A DNA stretch of 63,505 bases, filler included, from Blastocystis sp. subtype 4 (GCF_000743755.1; 4 parts of 4 records of this genome joined end to end with filler, not necessarily neighbours in it); one strand, 5' to 3'; shown: positions 11,684-23,910, numbered from the whole stretch's first letter. Numbers and translations: made by a program. Notes: generated by a model from the letters alone, not told the origin.

Positions 11684-14600
11684 ATGCAACATCCAATTGG
11701 AGGTGACTAGTATGAGGTCAAATGCAATATGCTAGGATAGTGGCTGATCATTTTATAAACCCAAACAGATCATTATTCCCTTCTAGAAACCTCCATTCTT
11801 CCATCTCCCTCATTTCTCCATTTCTTCAACAACTTTCGTTTTTGCTTCATTTCTCATTCCCAGAACCATGCAACAAGGTGAAATAAGCATAAATCGTATC
11901 TGATTTGATTACTCATATGATAATCAATAACTACGATCACTGTACATTTTCCAGAAATAATCGAAACCTCCACAACTCAAATCGACATCATGATAACTCT
12001 AACTGAAGGAGTCGCCACATTCTTCAGGTAAGTGGAGTATGAGCATGATTCTCCGTAGTGTTATCTCTTTAGTGATGTGTTTGATTGTTATGATTCTCTA
12101 CTGGTTTTATCCGGGGACTCGCGTCCATCCAAATCAGATTTTGATCCATCATGCGTAGAATCCTCTCCCTCACCTGATCTACTAGATTCGCTGATTTTAT
12201 ATTTGCAGCTTCATTCCTAATAAGTGTGCATTTAGAACTCTCTGGAGATGCCACTTGTTCGTCTTCTCTAGGTCATGTTGCTAGTTTCTTGACACAGTAT
12301 TCTCTAATGGCGTCAGAAATTAGTTATTTGTGTCTGGCCGTTGACGGATTGATTTCTGTGAGCCGTCCATTTACAAACACAAATGCGCGCTATTCCGTGT
12401 AGTAGAACTCCTTGGAGATGAATTGTAGCTATGGCATCACCCTTCACACCGTTGGAATACTTTCAGCCTTTTTACTTATGTGGTGTGGCAAAAACGGCAA
12501 GCATGTAATCAACATCTGCTGGATTCAGAGTAAATCAACATTTGTCAACTTGTAGTACCGTTTCCCTCATTCGATTGTAGAGCCTCTTGGGAATTCCTTT
12601 ATATCTGGGTAATTCTGATCTACTGTATTTCGACAGTACTTCTCATCATTATGTCAAATTGTCTAAAGCGTCTCCCCATCTATGAGGAGAATCTCCTTCA
12701 GGTTTGTCTTGTCATTGTCTTTCATTCTAGGATCGAGCCAAGATCCTAGAGAAGATGATGTTCTACATCTTCATATATATCAATAATGGCCTTTGTACTG
12801 GCTTGTTCTACTATCTCAACGAAATCATTAATCGTGATCTCCCTTCCTGGGACCCAAAGTTCATTACGTCGCGTGTACTGGGGATTGTAGGTATTTCGAA
12901 TGAGTCTTATTCAGCTTTTCTACATCATTCTTACATCGCGAGGTCTTCTCACCTCTGTGATCTTTTTGGATAATGTGAAAGAGATGTTTGTAAGAATTTG
13001 TGTTATTTTGTGAATTCCAGACCGAACGGAGTTTTTTCCGGAATCGCGACACAGTATGGTATAGAGAAGTCCAACCTCTACTGAATACTATGATTCGTCG
13101 TCAGCTTCTGGATATCTTCTCACGAGGCGTACGTAAGTCAATTGAGAAGAGTGGCATTTTGGATAACAATGAGAAGATGTTCAATGCTGTGGACGGAATG
13201 TATCGAAATATACGAACAGATGATCGATACTACACAAAAGATGACAATCAGGTAGAGATTGAATCTTCATTGTGTGGAGATCAGGAACGAAATGGAGATG
13301 GTATCTGATATTGTGATGAATCATGAATAGTTGTTCAATTTGTTGAGTATTGTCCTACTGTATTCTCCTATTTGCGATATCTCTCTGGAGTACGGAACCG
13401 CGATTATATTGATGAATTGTCGGGAGTAAATTTGAGTCATAATTCTAATCATTAGTTATCTGATTGTTCTTGTTCTGAAGGCAGTTCTGGTTCTCTATTT
13501 GTAAATAGTCGAAACCAAAGGTTTATCATAAAATTTGTGAACCAATCAGAATTCAGTGTCTTAAAATGCATTCTGAAGGATTTGACGGAGTATCTTACTA
13601 AGCAGCAAAGTGAACCAACTGATCCTTATTCGGATACCAATATTGCCTCTGAAGTTCAGTTACCTGAGGATGATATGAGAGAATCGGATGGAGAAGTTTT
13701 ATCTTCAGTTCCCGCTCCTTTGACTACTGCTCGTTCCCTGCAGTATCCTCCTCAGAATGAAGATGAGATCATTCTATCTTCTGAAGTAACTGATCTGAGT
13801 CCTCCTCCTACACAATCGTTTTTACAACGCTTGATTCATCGACAGCAACGCTCACCTTCCAGTCCTGTTACTTCTCCACGAGACCATGTTGATATGATGC
13901 GTCACTCCATGTCTACCCAAGGAATTCGGTACCAATCATCCATCCAGTCAGAAGATCCTCATGCTCCTTTGTTAGCTTCAGAATACACATCAGATCTGGT
14001 TGGTGACTCATCTGTTCCTATCTCTGTTTCAACTCCAACAGGAGCGCGAGAGGAGCTTATGACTCGACATGATGTGATTCGGTCATGCAACTCTCTATTG
14101 GAACCCTCTCATACTCGTCAAAGCAGTATTGCTGATAGTGAAGACACACATTTTCCACTCTCTGAGAGCGTACGACAGAATCTCAGTCAACGTAGTTGTG
14201 TGTCCCAGCAATCTCATGAAGACTCCAGTCAGCCTAGTATTTCTCCCAACCCTCAGCAACTCGATTCGACATTCCTTCAGCCTACTCACATTCTCTCTTC
14301 ATCTCGTTCCCCAGGTGACCCTCCGGTTTCTTCGTATCATCCAACACCGCGTCAAGGATCCCAAGTGTCAGCTCAACCATTAGTGTCTGAATATGGACAT
14401 GAAGTGATGGGGAGTTTTCTGAATAGATACTATGGGATGTACTCTCTTGAAGTATTTGGTCAGAAATTGTTCTTTGTTGTGATGGAGAATATTCTACCAC
14501 GATGTGGTGTAACCGATGTATACGATTTAAAAGGAAGTTGGATTGATCGAAATCCCCGTGAATATCATTATGGGCAAGTTCTCACCTGTATGTATTGTAA

Positions 14601-15836
14601 TACGTCCTTCCGATTTGGTAAGATTCGCTATGGCTTATTACTCATAGGACGAGATGAACAATGTAATATGTCTCCTTATAACAAACACGATGTTGCTACC
14701 ACAAAGAAGGATAACTCATATCGATCACGTGTGATTGTAGATAAGGAAGTGAATCAGCAGATTTCAAATCGATTACGAGAAGATGTGGAGTTTCTGAGTG
14801 ATCATGGTTTAATGGACTATTCAGTTCTTATCGGGATCACAAATGTTCAACATGTTGTAAGAGATGAGTCAAGATTCTGTTTCCCAAAGTAGGATGCACT
14901 GACTAATGAGATAAAGCCCTAGTAATGATTTGAACTATCAAGCTGCTTACAAGACTCGAGTTATTGAAGGTCCTGGCTTATTCTATTTAGGAATAATCGA
15001 CTATTTACAGAAGTACACATTTTCGAAGAAAATTGAACGATTGTGGAAACGATTTGTTATGGGATTGGATAAACAGGGTATTTCAGATGTTCCCCCGCGG
15101 GAATACCGAGATCGTATGATTGAACGTGTTATTGGTAAAGTACAAAATCGTTATGATTTTTGACAATTAGTTATTCATTGAATTTGATGAAGTATGGTAT
15201 GCAAATATGATGGGTGTGAGTCCTTTTGAGGGTTATGGTTACAGTGGTCAAGAGTATCAGTACATTGAAGATTTAGATCAGCAAGAACTCACAGATCGCT
15301 CCTCTACATTTGTCTCAACAGGATCCAAGGCCAGAGCGCATTCAACCCCTCAGGCATCACGATCCAATAGCATTGCTCTGGGTGCTACCTCAAGTCTCTC
15401 AGGGAAGAATGATTCAATTCGTTCATATGCTCATACAAAGAGTGTCTTGGTGGTTGATAATCCCTCAGCTCCTGCTCTGGATATTCATGTGGTCACACGA
15501 GCTCAGACAATGGATCCATCTCCTTCTGTTAACTTACACAAGAATCCTCAATACATGAGTGATACGAATCTGCAGGCTATGGATCTTGCTCATGGCCCAG
15601 GATTCAATACGGAGTATATGATCAATCCTTCTACCAATTCTCTACTCCATTCTTCTTCCTCTCGTTATGGACATACTCCAACAAGTACTAGGAGTAGTGA
15701 GTCACAACATGAACGACCTGTTTCAAGTTTATCTACACATCAGGAAAGCGTCTCTGATAAAGATACACATGATTTGGCGACAATTGAAGAAGCCGGAAGC
15801 ATGCCCGATGTGTTCATGCAGCGTAGTGTGGTGTGA
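11684..15836 (+). CDS. GPCR-PIPK: N-terminal 7TM-like region fused to a phosphatidylinositol phosphate kinase (PIP5K) domain
   Basis: Hydrophobic TM exons at ~11780-13000 (FLTQYSLMASEISYLCLAVD, CWIQSK). Kinase motifs FVEYCPTVFSYLR, SEGSSGSLF, RFIIKFV, FVVMENIL, YDLKGSWIDR, LMDYSVLIGI, YLGIIDYLQKY. Start uncertain. Confidence 0.85.
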
Positions 15837-15899
15837 TGTCTTTTGTGTTTTGTCTTTTAGGATGGCGCTTTTCTGCTGTTGTTTGTTATTGTCACAGAT

Positions 15900-16415
15900 A
15901 TGAATTCAACTCAGGAAGTTGAGGAACGAAAAGTCTACATCAGTAATCTTATTGAGATTCAAAGAAGGTTTATTGATTTATCTGAGACACTTCGGTAAGA
16001 CTTGGATGGAATTCTATTATGGATAGAGAAAATAGTCTTGAACATGACATGATTCGAGTAGCAAATATAATGTAGTAATTTGGCCAGACCCTTGATAGGA
16101 AGAAATGAGATCAGCGGAATGATTCAAACACTTCAGGAAGATCCCTTCCCTTTTAATTATGCAATTCCAGATTCACTATTGAAGTAGAAGTCGTTGCAGA
16201 TGTACGATGTTAGATGGCTCGATAAACCTGACACCAATAATCCAGATGAGTATATAAATCAATGTTTAGATATGTGTGAACGGTTCAATCGATCCTATCA
16301 ACTCCGAAGAGGAGCTATCACTGTACGTAGTAGTGTGCAATCTTTCTGTTAGTACCTTGTGAAGAAACTAGAGACTGATTTAGCTGTTTACCTTACCTGT
16401 CGTGTTTTTGCATAG
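15900..16415 (+). CDS. Probable Mediator subunit Med10/Nut2-like protein (multi-exon)
   Basis: Small spliced helical protein with IPDSLLKWLDKPDTNNPDEYINQCLDMCERFN, resembling the Med10 IP..L.YID.G.NP..Y....L motif. Confidence 0.55.
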
Positions 16416-16451
16416 AAACGAACAAACAGCCGAAAAGAAGGTGATTTACGT

Positions 16452-16873
16452 TTATCGATACATGATATCAGTGGCAATATTCATCGCAAGAAGAGGTTCC
16501 CACACGTCTCCATTGTGCAGCAATTTGGCTTTGTCATACATCAATTCTTCACGAGACTCTGTAGCGAACTCTAGAAGAGGGTTCTCCACAATAGCATCCA
16601 CAGGACAAGCTTCTTGACAGAAACCACAGAAGATGCAGCGTGACTCATCTAGATCATAACGAGTGGTTCGACGGAGTCCATCTGGACGCACTTCCTATCT
16701 CTCAACTTCCACTAAAATAACTACAGCTTCAATGTTGATGACCTGAGAAGGACAAATAGCCTCGCACAGTCTGCAAGCAATGCATCTGATATGAAATGAA
16801 ACAATCAAAACTACCTCTCTTCTCCACTAGGATAACGTCGCAGACAATGTTCACCTCTCATTCGAGGAGAGAT
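16452..16873 (-). CDS. NDUFS8: NADH:ubiquinone oxidoreductase 2x[4Fe-4S] subunit (TYKY), 5' end lost in gap
   Basis: [27 protein letters not shown] and [28 protein letters not shown], with introns. Confidence 0.96.
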
Positions 16874-16973
16874 NNNNNNNNNNNNNNNNNNNNNNNNNNN
16901 NNNNNNNNNNNNNNNNNTTAATTAATTAANNNNNNNNNNNNNNNNNNNNNNNNNNNNNNNNNNNNNNNNNNNN
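16874..16973. other. Assembly gap with artificial six-frame-stop linker
   Basis: 100-nt N run containing TTAATTAATTAA. Confidence 0.97.
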
Positions 16974-17076
16974 GGCAAATGCAGAAGTGTTGGATACGAT
17001 TGAGAAGATGTATTGAATTGCTGTCAAGTAACAGTATTTCACGTTATTTACCCGATTTGTTGGAACCAAACAATTG

Positions 17077-18295
17077 TTATATCATACACACTACCTTTTG
17101 TTCCTTGGTACTTCGATCAATACGTATGATTTGGTTACCCACAAGCGAATAAATAGTCTAGACATGAACCACAGTACAAAGTTCCACAGATAAGACGAGA
17201 GAGGGATTTCCGCTAATTTCTTTCTTCATTTCACTCTTCAAATCACTCAGAAGCATTTCGCCTCCATGTTTCATGAGAATTGCCATTGCAATACCCACTT
17301 CACTTCCTTCTTTCTTCCCTTCAGCTACAAATTCTTCACAAATATGACGTAAAATGGTTCGATGATGTGTTAATCGATCGATTTCGGTATGTAATTCTGC
17401 CACTTCATTCTGTCCCGTAGTAAGAGACAGAGATGATTCTGACTCCTTCAGTAATCCATCTAGCTCAACCATCAGTTGTGCCTCTTCACGCTCACTTTGA
17501 TCCAATTCTTCCCTTCGCCGAGCTAATTCAGCTGCTCTAGATATAAATGTTACCTCTCGTTACTACTCCTCGGGAGTCAACAGATTGTCATATGTGCGAC
17601 GTCGCTGCTGTTTCATCTCTTCTAACTCTTTCTTCTCTTTATGAATAGCTTCTTCCAATTGCTTGTTTTGCTGTATCAGTTTCTGATACTGATTAAGAAC
17701 GGATTCCATGCTCTTTAATTCGGCCGAAAGAACACTTTCCTCTTGTTTCAAAGCACTGATTTTGCCTTCATAAGTGTCGATTGTTTGTTGATAAGAGGCG
17801 ATTTCTGTCCTTATCATATCCTCTTCCTCCTTAAATGATTGCAGAATCTTGTTGCGTTTCTGTGTAATGTATTGTTCCTTTCCTTCACCTTGATACTACT
17901 CATGAGCCTGCCAAATAAATACTACTCTGTTGATTTGTTCTTTGTATAGATTAATTTGATCGGTAATATTCTTATATTGCATAACCATCTTTTGAATCTA
18001 CAGTCGTCAAATCCGAGCTATTGTTACAATTTGTTGGAACTCTTGAAGGTTATATAAATGAACCAATCGCGATATATCGTCAAAGGTCTCTAGAATACTC
18101 CGTTCCGTTCGCCTACAAAGTTAAGGGAAATAGACTATTGGACATTTTATATCTCTGTTCTTCAATCCATTTTATATCTTTAGGAGTCGCTTCACGAACA
18201 TGAAACGAAGGGACAGGTTGTGAATGAAAATCGAGTTTAGATAGCTCTCCAGCCACCTTTTCTGCAGCTTGAAGGGACAAAAGTGTATTCTCCAT
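17077..18295 (-). CDS. Coiled-coil protein with compact C-terminal domain (possibly kinetochore DASH Spc34-like; uncertain)
   Basis: Linked exons 18295-18113, 17817-17563 and 17505-17158; heptad-rich middle; C-terminus AILMKHGGEMLLSDLKSEM...IYSLVGNQIIRIDRS; TAA at 17079-17077. Confidence 0.6.
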
Positions 18296-18403
18296 ATATG
18301 TGAGTGATTAAGAACGAACAGGTGTATGAAGTAGATTGAACAATTGATTTCGCAGATTAGAATATATTAAAAGAGAGGCCGTAGATTAGAGTATCGATCA
18401 CAA

Positions 18404-19424
18404 ATGTGTTCTCTTTATGAGGTTGTATCGAATCACACAGAGAAGGACCCAGTAGCGCTACTAACTACTGTCTCTTCTTCCGTTTCGTTGGTTTCAACAC
18501 TGACAATGATCATCCTCTATGTCTGCTTTTCGAATTTACGCAAGTCATCACGAGGCTACTTTCTTATGATCAATATATGTGATTTCGTCACTTCTGCCTG
18601 TTTCTTCCTATCCTCGTTCCACAACCGGGTTTTGGACAGTTTCGTTGTTCGACAGATCGAAGTTTGCAGTTGTGGAGTCTCTTGAATGCCTAGGGATTTT
18701 GTATTCAGTTTTTCTACTTAAGTAGCTTCTTTTGGACGGCTTGCTATTCATTTCATCTGTACCATTTAATTGGATTTGTTTCCCATAGTTATCAGCTTGT
18801 TGTATTTCACAAAGAAGTACCAACTCGTCATTATGGAAACCATCTAGTAGCATGGGTTATTCCACTTATCACTGTAATTTGGTTGTTTATCCTAGAGTGT
18901 ACCGATTTGAGTGCAATTGGTGATTGTGATCGTCCATGGTAGTAACTTTGACGTTCTTCGAGTTGTAGGCCTTGGATCTCAAACGAACTGGATCATGCCT
19001 TCTACTATCAACTAGGGTTCCTGTATATTCCCATTGCATTGATTGTTCTATTCAATATGGTAGATAGACCTATTTTTTACTTCAATATAGATCATCTATA
19101 TATGTATTGGGTTCAAATCCAAAGGAGAAGACTTATACTGTTTCATCCTCCTTCGTTCATTCGCGTACATTGCTATCGCTGTTTTCGTAATAATTTGGGA
19201 TGTTGTGGATCGAGTGTTCATGGAGACTACAAAGCACCATGCAGGTTTCTCACAATCTCTCATTGCTCTCTCGGTTCCTTCCCTTGTAGACCTGTTGTTT
19301 GGTGGTGAGAAGGTAGGGTTTTTTGAATGTCTGTGTGTACTCTCTCAACAAATACTTCTTTTCGTCGTTTAAGTCTTCTGATTCCAGGAAGATGTTGGAA
19401 GAATCGTTACCCTTAACGAATTAG
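18404..19424 (+). CDS. cAMP-receptor-like/GCR1-type 7TM G-protein-coupled receptor
   Basis: TM1 VSSSVSLVSTLTMIILY, FSNLRK, TM2 MINICDF, TM3 GFCIQFFYLSSFFWTACYSFHLY, TM5 FLYIPIALIVLFN; TAG 19422-19424. Confidence 0.8.
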
Positions 19425-19432
19425 TGATTTGT

Positions 19433-19440
19433 TGTTTGTT
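19433..19440 (+). promoter_or_regulatory. TGTTTGTT polyadenylation motif of the GPCR gene, directly abutting the KAE1 ATG
   Basis: ...TAGtgatttgtTGTTTGTTATGGAA... Confidence 0.8.
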
Positions 19441-20528
19441 ATGGAAGAAGAGCGAAAACCACTTATTGCCCTTGGAATTGAAGGGAGTGCCAATAAGGTG
19501 CATCAACTTTGTGATTCTGACGCCTAGTGTGGTGTGGGAATAATTCGGAGTGACGGACCTCACTGTGATATATTAGCAAATATACGGAAGACATTTATTC
19601 CTCCTGCAGGCTCTGGTTTTCTTCCTCGTGAAACCGCTTGGCATCATCAGCAACATGTCATTTCGCTTGTTCGGCATGCTTTAACTACTGCAAAAATGGA
19701 ACCTAAGGATATAGATATCATTTGTTTCACAAAGGGTAGGGATTCGGTTGTAGGTCAATCGTAGGACCGGGAATGGGAGGACCATTGACATCCTGTGCTG
19801 TTGCAGCCAGAACTCTATCACTCTTATGGCATAAACCTCTTGTTGCCGTGAATCACTGTGTTGGCCATATTGAAATGGGTCGTGTCGTAACGGGAGCTGA
19901 TGATCCTATTGTTTTGTATGTAAGCGGGGGCAACACACAAGTCATTTCGTATTCGTATCAGAGATATCGGATCTTTGGTGAAACAATTGACATAGCTATT
20001 GGAAACATGTTAGATCGGTTTGCTCGAACGCTCCACCTCTCAAATGCTCCTTCTCCTGGATATAACATCGAGCAGCTGGCAAAAAAGGGAAAGAATTTGG
20101 TGGAACTGCCATACACAGTGAAGGGAATGGATGTATCGTTTTCAGGTTTGTCTACTTTTATTGATAAGAAGGTAAAGGAACTCACTGACAAGTATTCTAT
20201 TGAAGATCTTTGTTTTTCTCTACAAGAAACTGCCTTTTCCATGTTAGTTGAGATAACAGAACGAGCTATGGCTCATTGTCAAAGGAATGCTGTTTTAATT
20301 GTGGGTGGTGTTGGCTGCAATGAGAGACTACAAGAGATGATGGGAACAATGGTAAGAGAGCGAGGTGGTAGGGTTTGTGCTATGGATCAACGTTATTGCA
20401 TTGATAATGGGACGATGATAGCTCAAGCAGGAGTATTATCGTATATGTATAATGGAGAAACGCCTCTAAAAGATACTGTGTGTTCGCAGCGTTATCGAAC
20501 CGATGAAATGCCCATTGTGTGGAGGTGA
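19441..20528 (+). CDS. KAE1: tRNA N6-adenosine threonylcarbamoyltransferase (KEOPS catalytic subunit)
   Basis: [62 protein letters not shown]. Confidence 0.97.
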
Positions 20529-20643
20529 TTGTTTGGTAGGTTTGATTCTTCTTGAAAACGATTCTATTGTTGATTTTAAACGTGTTAACAATTGTTTGTT
20601 CAAAAGGTACTTGAAGTAGTCCAGATTAATCCTATTGTTTGAT

Positions 20644-21687
20644 ATGAGTGATCCAATCGAAGAAGAAGTGATAAAGAAGTTGGTTTTGGACGACCTCATG
20701 CGTTGTCGTGCGTGCAATGTGACGGCAGTTAATCTTCCAACATGGGAGAGTCATAAAAAGGGAAAACGGTAACTGCAAGATTAGAACCAATGAGTTGTAG
20801 TCACTTGAAGCTGATTCAACGTGCCATTGATGAAGAACGTGCACTGAGAAATCCAAAACCAGTAGAAGAGATAGTTGAACCTGATGAAGGTATGTAGCAA
20901 GTGAATGGAATCATGTCAGAAACAACACAAGAACCAAAGGCAGAACCGTCACCGGAGGATGAACAGTCTTCAGGTTTGATGAGATTAAAGAAAGATGACC
21001 CAATTCTTGCCTTCATTTCGGGAATGGAAGATATGAAGCCCAAAGTTAGCGAAAAGTATCTCAAGAAACAAAAGAAGAGAAGAGAGAAGCAGAGGGAACA
21101 GGATGAGAAGAACCGCATTACTTTAGAAACACAAAATCGGGAACGAGATGAAGAGATAGGGATCATTAATCAAAAAGTGAAGGAACTTCATCTGCATGTG
21201 AAGCCAGTGAATGCAGATGGCAACTGTTTGTATGTAGCCTTGTAATGGTATCAGGTTCAGATATCGTTCTGTGGCAGAACAGTTAGCCCTTCAGGATCCA
21301 TCCATGCGTTCTCCTACTTCGTATCGAATTGTACGCCAAAAAGCTGCCAACTATATGCGCAGTCATCCGGACGAATTCAAATGGTTTTTAGATGACAGTA
21401 CTGATTTTGAGGATTATTGCAACAAGGTAGAGAATTCCAATGGTATGTGTTATTTATCTATTATGATGGTAGAATGGGGAGGTCAACTGGAGTTGCGTGC
21501 TTTGTCCATCGCCCTCCAGCGACCTATTCACGTTTACAGTGCAGATTCTCCTGTAGTAATAATGGGAGAAGACATTGCTGTATGTGTTTTGGTGATTTGT
21601 TTTGTGTAGGCAGAACCTGCGTATATCTCCTATCACAAAAAGTATTTATCACTAGGAAATCACTACAATACGTTGTTACCTCTTTGA
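20644..21687 (+). CDS. OTU-domain deubiquitinase (OTUD6B/Otu2-like)
   Basis: Charged N-terminus; catalytic ADGNCLY, EWGGQLELRALS and SLGNHYN motifs; TGA 21685-21687; TGTTTGTT at 21697. Confidence 0.9.
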
Positions 21688-21821
21688 TTGGATTCCTGTT
21701 TGTTCAGTTACTAGAAGTCAAGTAAAGAGCCAGTGTGCTCGGGTTTTTAATTCTTTAGAATGAAACGGCAACATTATCTGAATCATTACGAGTATTCATT
21801 TATTGTTTCTATTGTACATTT

Positions 21822-22685
21822 ATGGTTCCAGAAGAGGTTGTTGAAATACTTCATCGCCTCGGGGATCGAAATTCGACGCAAGATAAAGTACAGGAGCTTG
21901 AAGTTTATTTGCGTAAGAATGGACACCGGTGCGTGGAAGACTATGACAATACGTGTAAAGAGCAACGTTATTCATCAGGAAAGTATGAAAAGGAGATTTT
22001 TACCTATCTGGCGGACATTTGCAAAAAGCAGAATGGAAATGGAAATGCGGCAGATGCTAGTCGCGTTATGATTCTGTTAGGATATGAATCCTATAGAACC
22101 AAACCTAAACGCTTTCGTCAGAAGATTGAGAACATGAAGAAGAAGGATCGAAATAGTACGAAGAAGAGAGCCGGAAAGAGCACTCGTCATTGTGACTCCG
22201 ATTATCCTTCTGATAGTGAATTGACATCTAGTGACTATACCCACGAAGAAGTTGCTAAAGGGATTTCAGAGATCAACAAGCGCTTACCTATTGACCGGGA
22301 TGAGGAAGACACGGTTTCACCAATTCCATTACCTTTTGAGGCGGGTTCCATTCCTGTCGTTTCTAAAGTGGAGGTCCCCGTCAACACCTCTTTATCTATC
22401 TCTCCATCTGAAGGTTATAACCGTTCTCATGCCGTCCCTACCCCTCTATCTTTTACTGATAGCGTCTTATTTATGGGATATGCAGATCTTGATAGTGACG
22501 CTTTTATGAATTTGTATATGCAGCAATATGAGATTATCTCTCAACATAAGGGATCATTCCTTACTTCTGATTCGTATGATGGAAATGAAGATGACCTTTT
22601 CGCAGGTTACATTCAGCAGTTTGACAACATTGATGAGTATTTTCCCAATACCATTAAAGAAGATATCGTTCCCATATTACCCTAA
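21822..22685 (+). CDS. Intronless hypothetical protein (287 aa), tandem paralog A
   Basis: Single ORF; N-terminal block similar to 23110-23910; basic patch then acidic C-terminus. Confidence 0.75.
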   Translation: MVPEEVVEILHRLGDRNSTQDKVQELEVYLRKNGHRCVEDYDNTCKEQRYSSGKYEKEIFTYLADICKKQNGNGNAADASRVMILLGYESYRTKPKRFRQKIENMKKKDRNSTKKRAGKSTRHCDSDYPSDSELTSSDYTHEEVAKGISEINKRLPIDRDEEDTVSPIPLPFEAGSIPVVSKVEVPVNTSLSISPSEGYNRSHAVPTPLSFTDSVLFMGYADLDSDAFMNLYMQQYEIISQHKGSFLTSDSYDGNEDDLFAGYIQQFDNIDEYFPNTIKEDIVPILP

Positions 22686-23109
22686 TTGATGTTGGAATCT
22701 GTTTCTTTTTATACAATCCTCAGATCAAGGTGTTGGAGAAGCAATTAGCCTGATATTCAAGGTATGAACTCAACATCTCTCTCTTTATACATTTTCAAAG
22801 TTATTCCTGATATCCTGAAATAGATAGTGATGAACATGATATCGAGTCCTAATCCTAACTAGAATATGGAATGCAACAGGCAGATCATTTGAGTTTGCAT
22901 CTTGCTAAGTGAGCTCATTGTCCAAACAACTTATCCATGTAGTTATTCAATGCAAGAGCATAATCTACTTATAAAAGTACTATCGAAACTTTCAATTAAC
23001 TACAATAACAAACAAAAGAAACCTTTAGAACAACAAGATGCAAAAAAAGGGAGAAATACTGATACTCCAATAATCCATTATCGTTCAGTTTACACAATAT
23101 ACTAACGCA

Positions 23110-23910
23110 ATGAAGGAAGTAGCTGCCTTGGTGATGTCATTAAGTATTACAAATGATAAGCGTAATCAAGGAATCGAACTTATAAAATGTATCCGGAAGA
23201 ACTGGGAGGTTATTCATGAAGAAGTAAAACAGACGAAGTCAGACAAACGAAGAACATTTGGTAAGGAAGAAGGAGAAATTGTGGACAAGCTGGCGGAGAT
23301 CTGCAATTATAGATGTGATTCACGAAATCGAGAAACAGTAAACAGGATTATGACGCGGTTGGGTTATTTCGGTTATGTTGACAAACCGCGTTTTCGTCAA
23401 CGAATGGAGAATTGTTTGAAGAAGAGACGTCTTCAAGATAAAAACTTCCATCCCTCTACACGAAAGCCAAAAGATAAAGCAGAGAAGGGGAATCGCCGAA
23501 TGGATTCTTCAAAGCGAGGCTCCTCTCGAAACAAACAAGTATCGGTTTCTGGAACTCCAGATGCCTTGGGCCCAAAATATCTCGATAACCTGATTAAAGA
23601 CTCTCCAGATTTTGAAGAGAATGTTAGAGGGTTAACTATTGATGTGTACGGGCCGCCCTGTTTTTCAGATGATATACATTCGGAAACAGACGAGTTGCTT
23701 TTATTTCCTGATGATATTCAATGCATGATGAAAAGTGGTATGCTCTCAGAGGAAACACCAATGGAATCACTTATTCAGTGCGCATATGAAAGGAATAAGG
23801 AAGCTGGAGGGGTGATAGAGGATGACAAGACAATGGAGTATAAGGATCCTTCAACTGAAGATATGGGTGGATGGTTTCCTTTTTCTATTGACGATCCAAA
23901 TCAGAATTAG
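23110..23910 (+). CDS. Intronless hypothetical protein (266 aa), tandem paralog B
   Basis: Single ORF sharing GK.E.EI...LA.IC...R.M..LGY..Y..KP.RFRQ..EN..KK with 21822-22685. Confidence 0.75.
   Translation: MKEVAALVMSLSITNDKRNQGIELIKCIRKNWEVIHEEVKQTKSDKRRTFGKEEGEIVDKLAEICNYRCDSRNRETVNRIMTRLGYFGYVDKPRFRQRMENCLKKRRLQDKNFHPSTRKPKDKAEKGNRRMDSSKRGSSRNKQVSVSGTPDALGPKYLDNLIKDSPDFEENVRGLTIDVYGPPCFSDDIHSETDELLLFPDDIQCMMKSGMLSEETPMESLIQCAYERNKEAGGVIEDDKTMEYKDPSTEDMGGWFPFSIDDPNQN

Noticed and set aside
16874..16973. TTAATTAATTAA palindrome repeated three times in the window (also ~33698 and ~50429)
   Set aside because: Embedded in 100-nt N runs; an artificial six-frame-stop scaffolding linker, not biology.
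16974..17016. Short C-terminal coding fragment (ANAEVLDTIEKMY*) after the gap
   Set aside because: Too short to assign.
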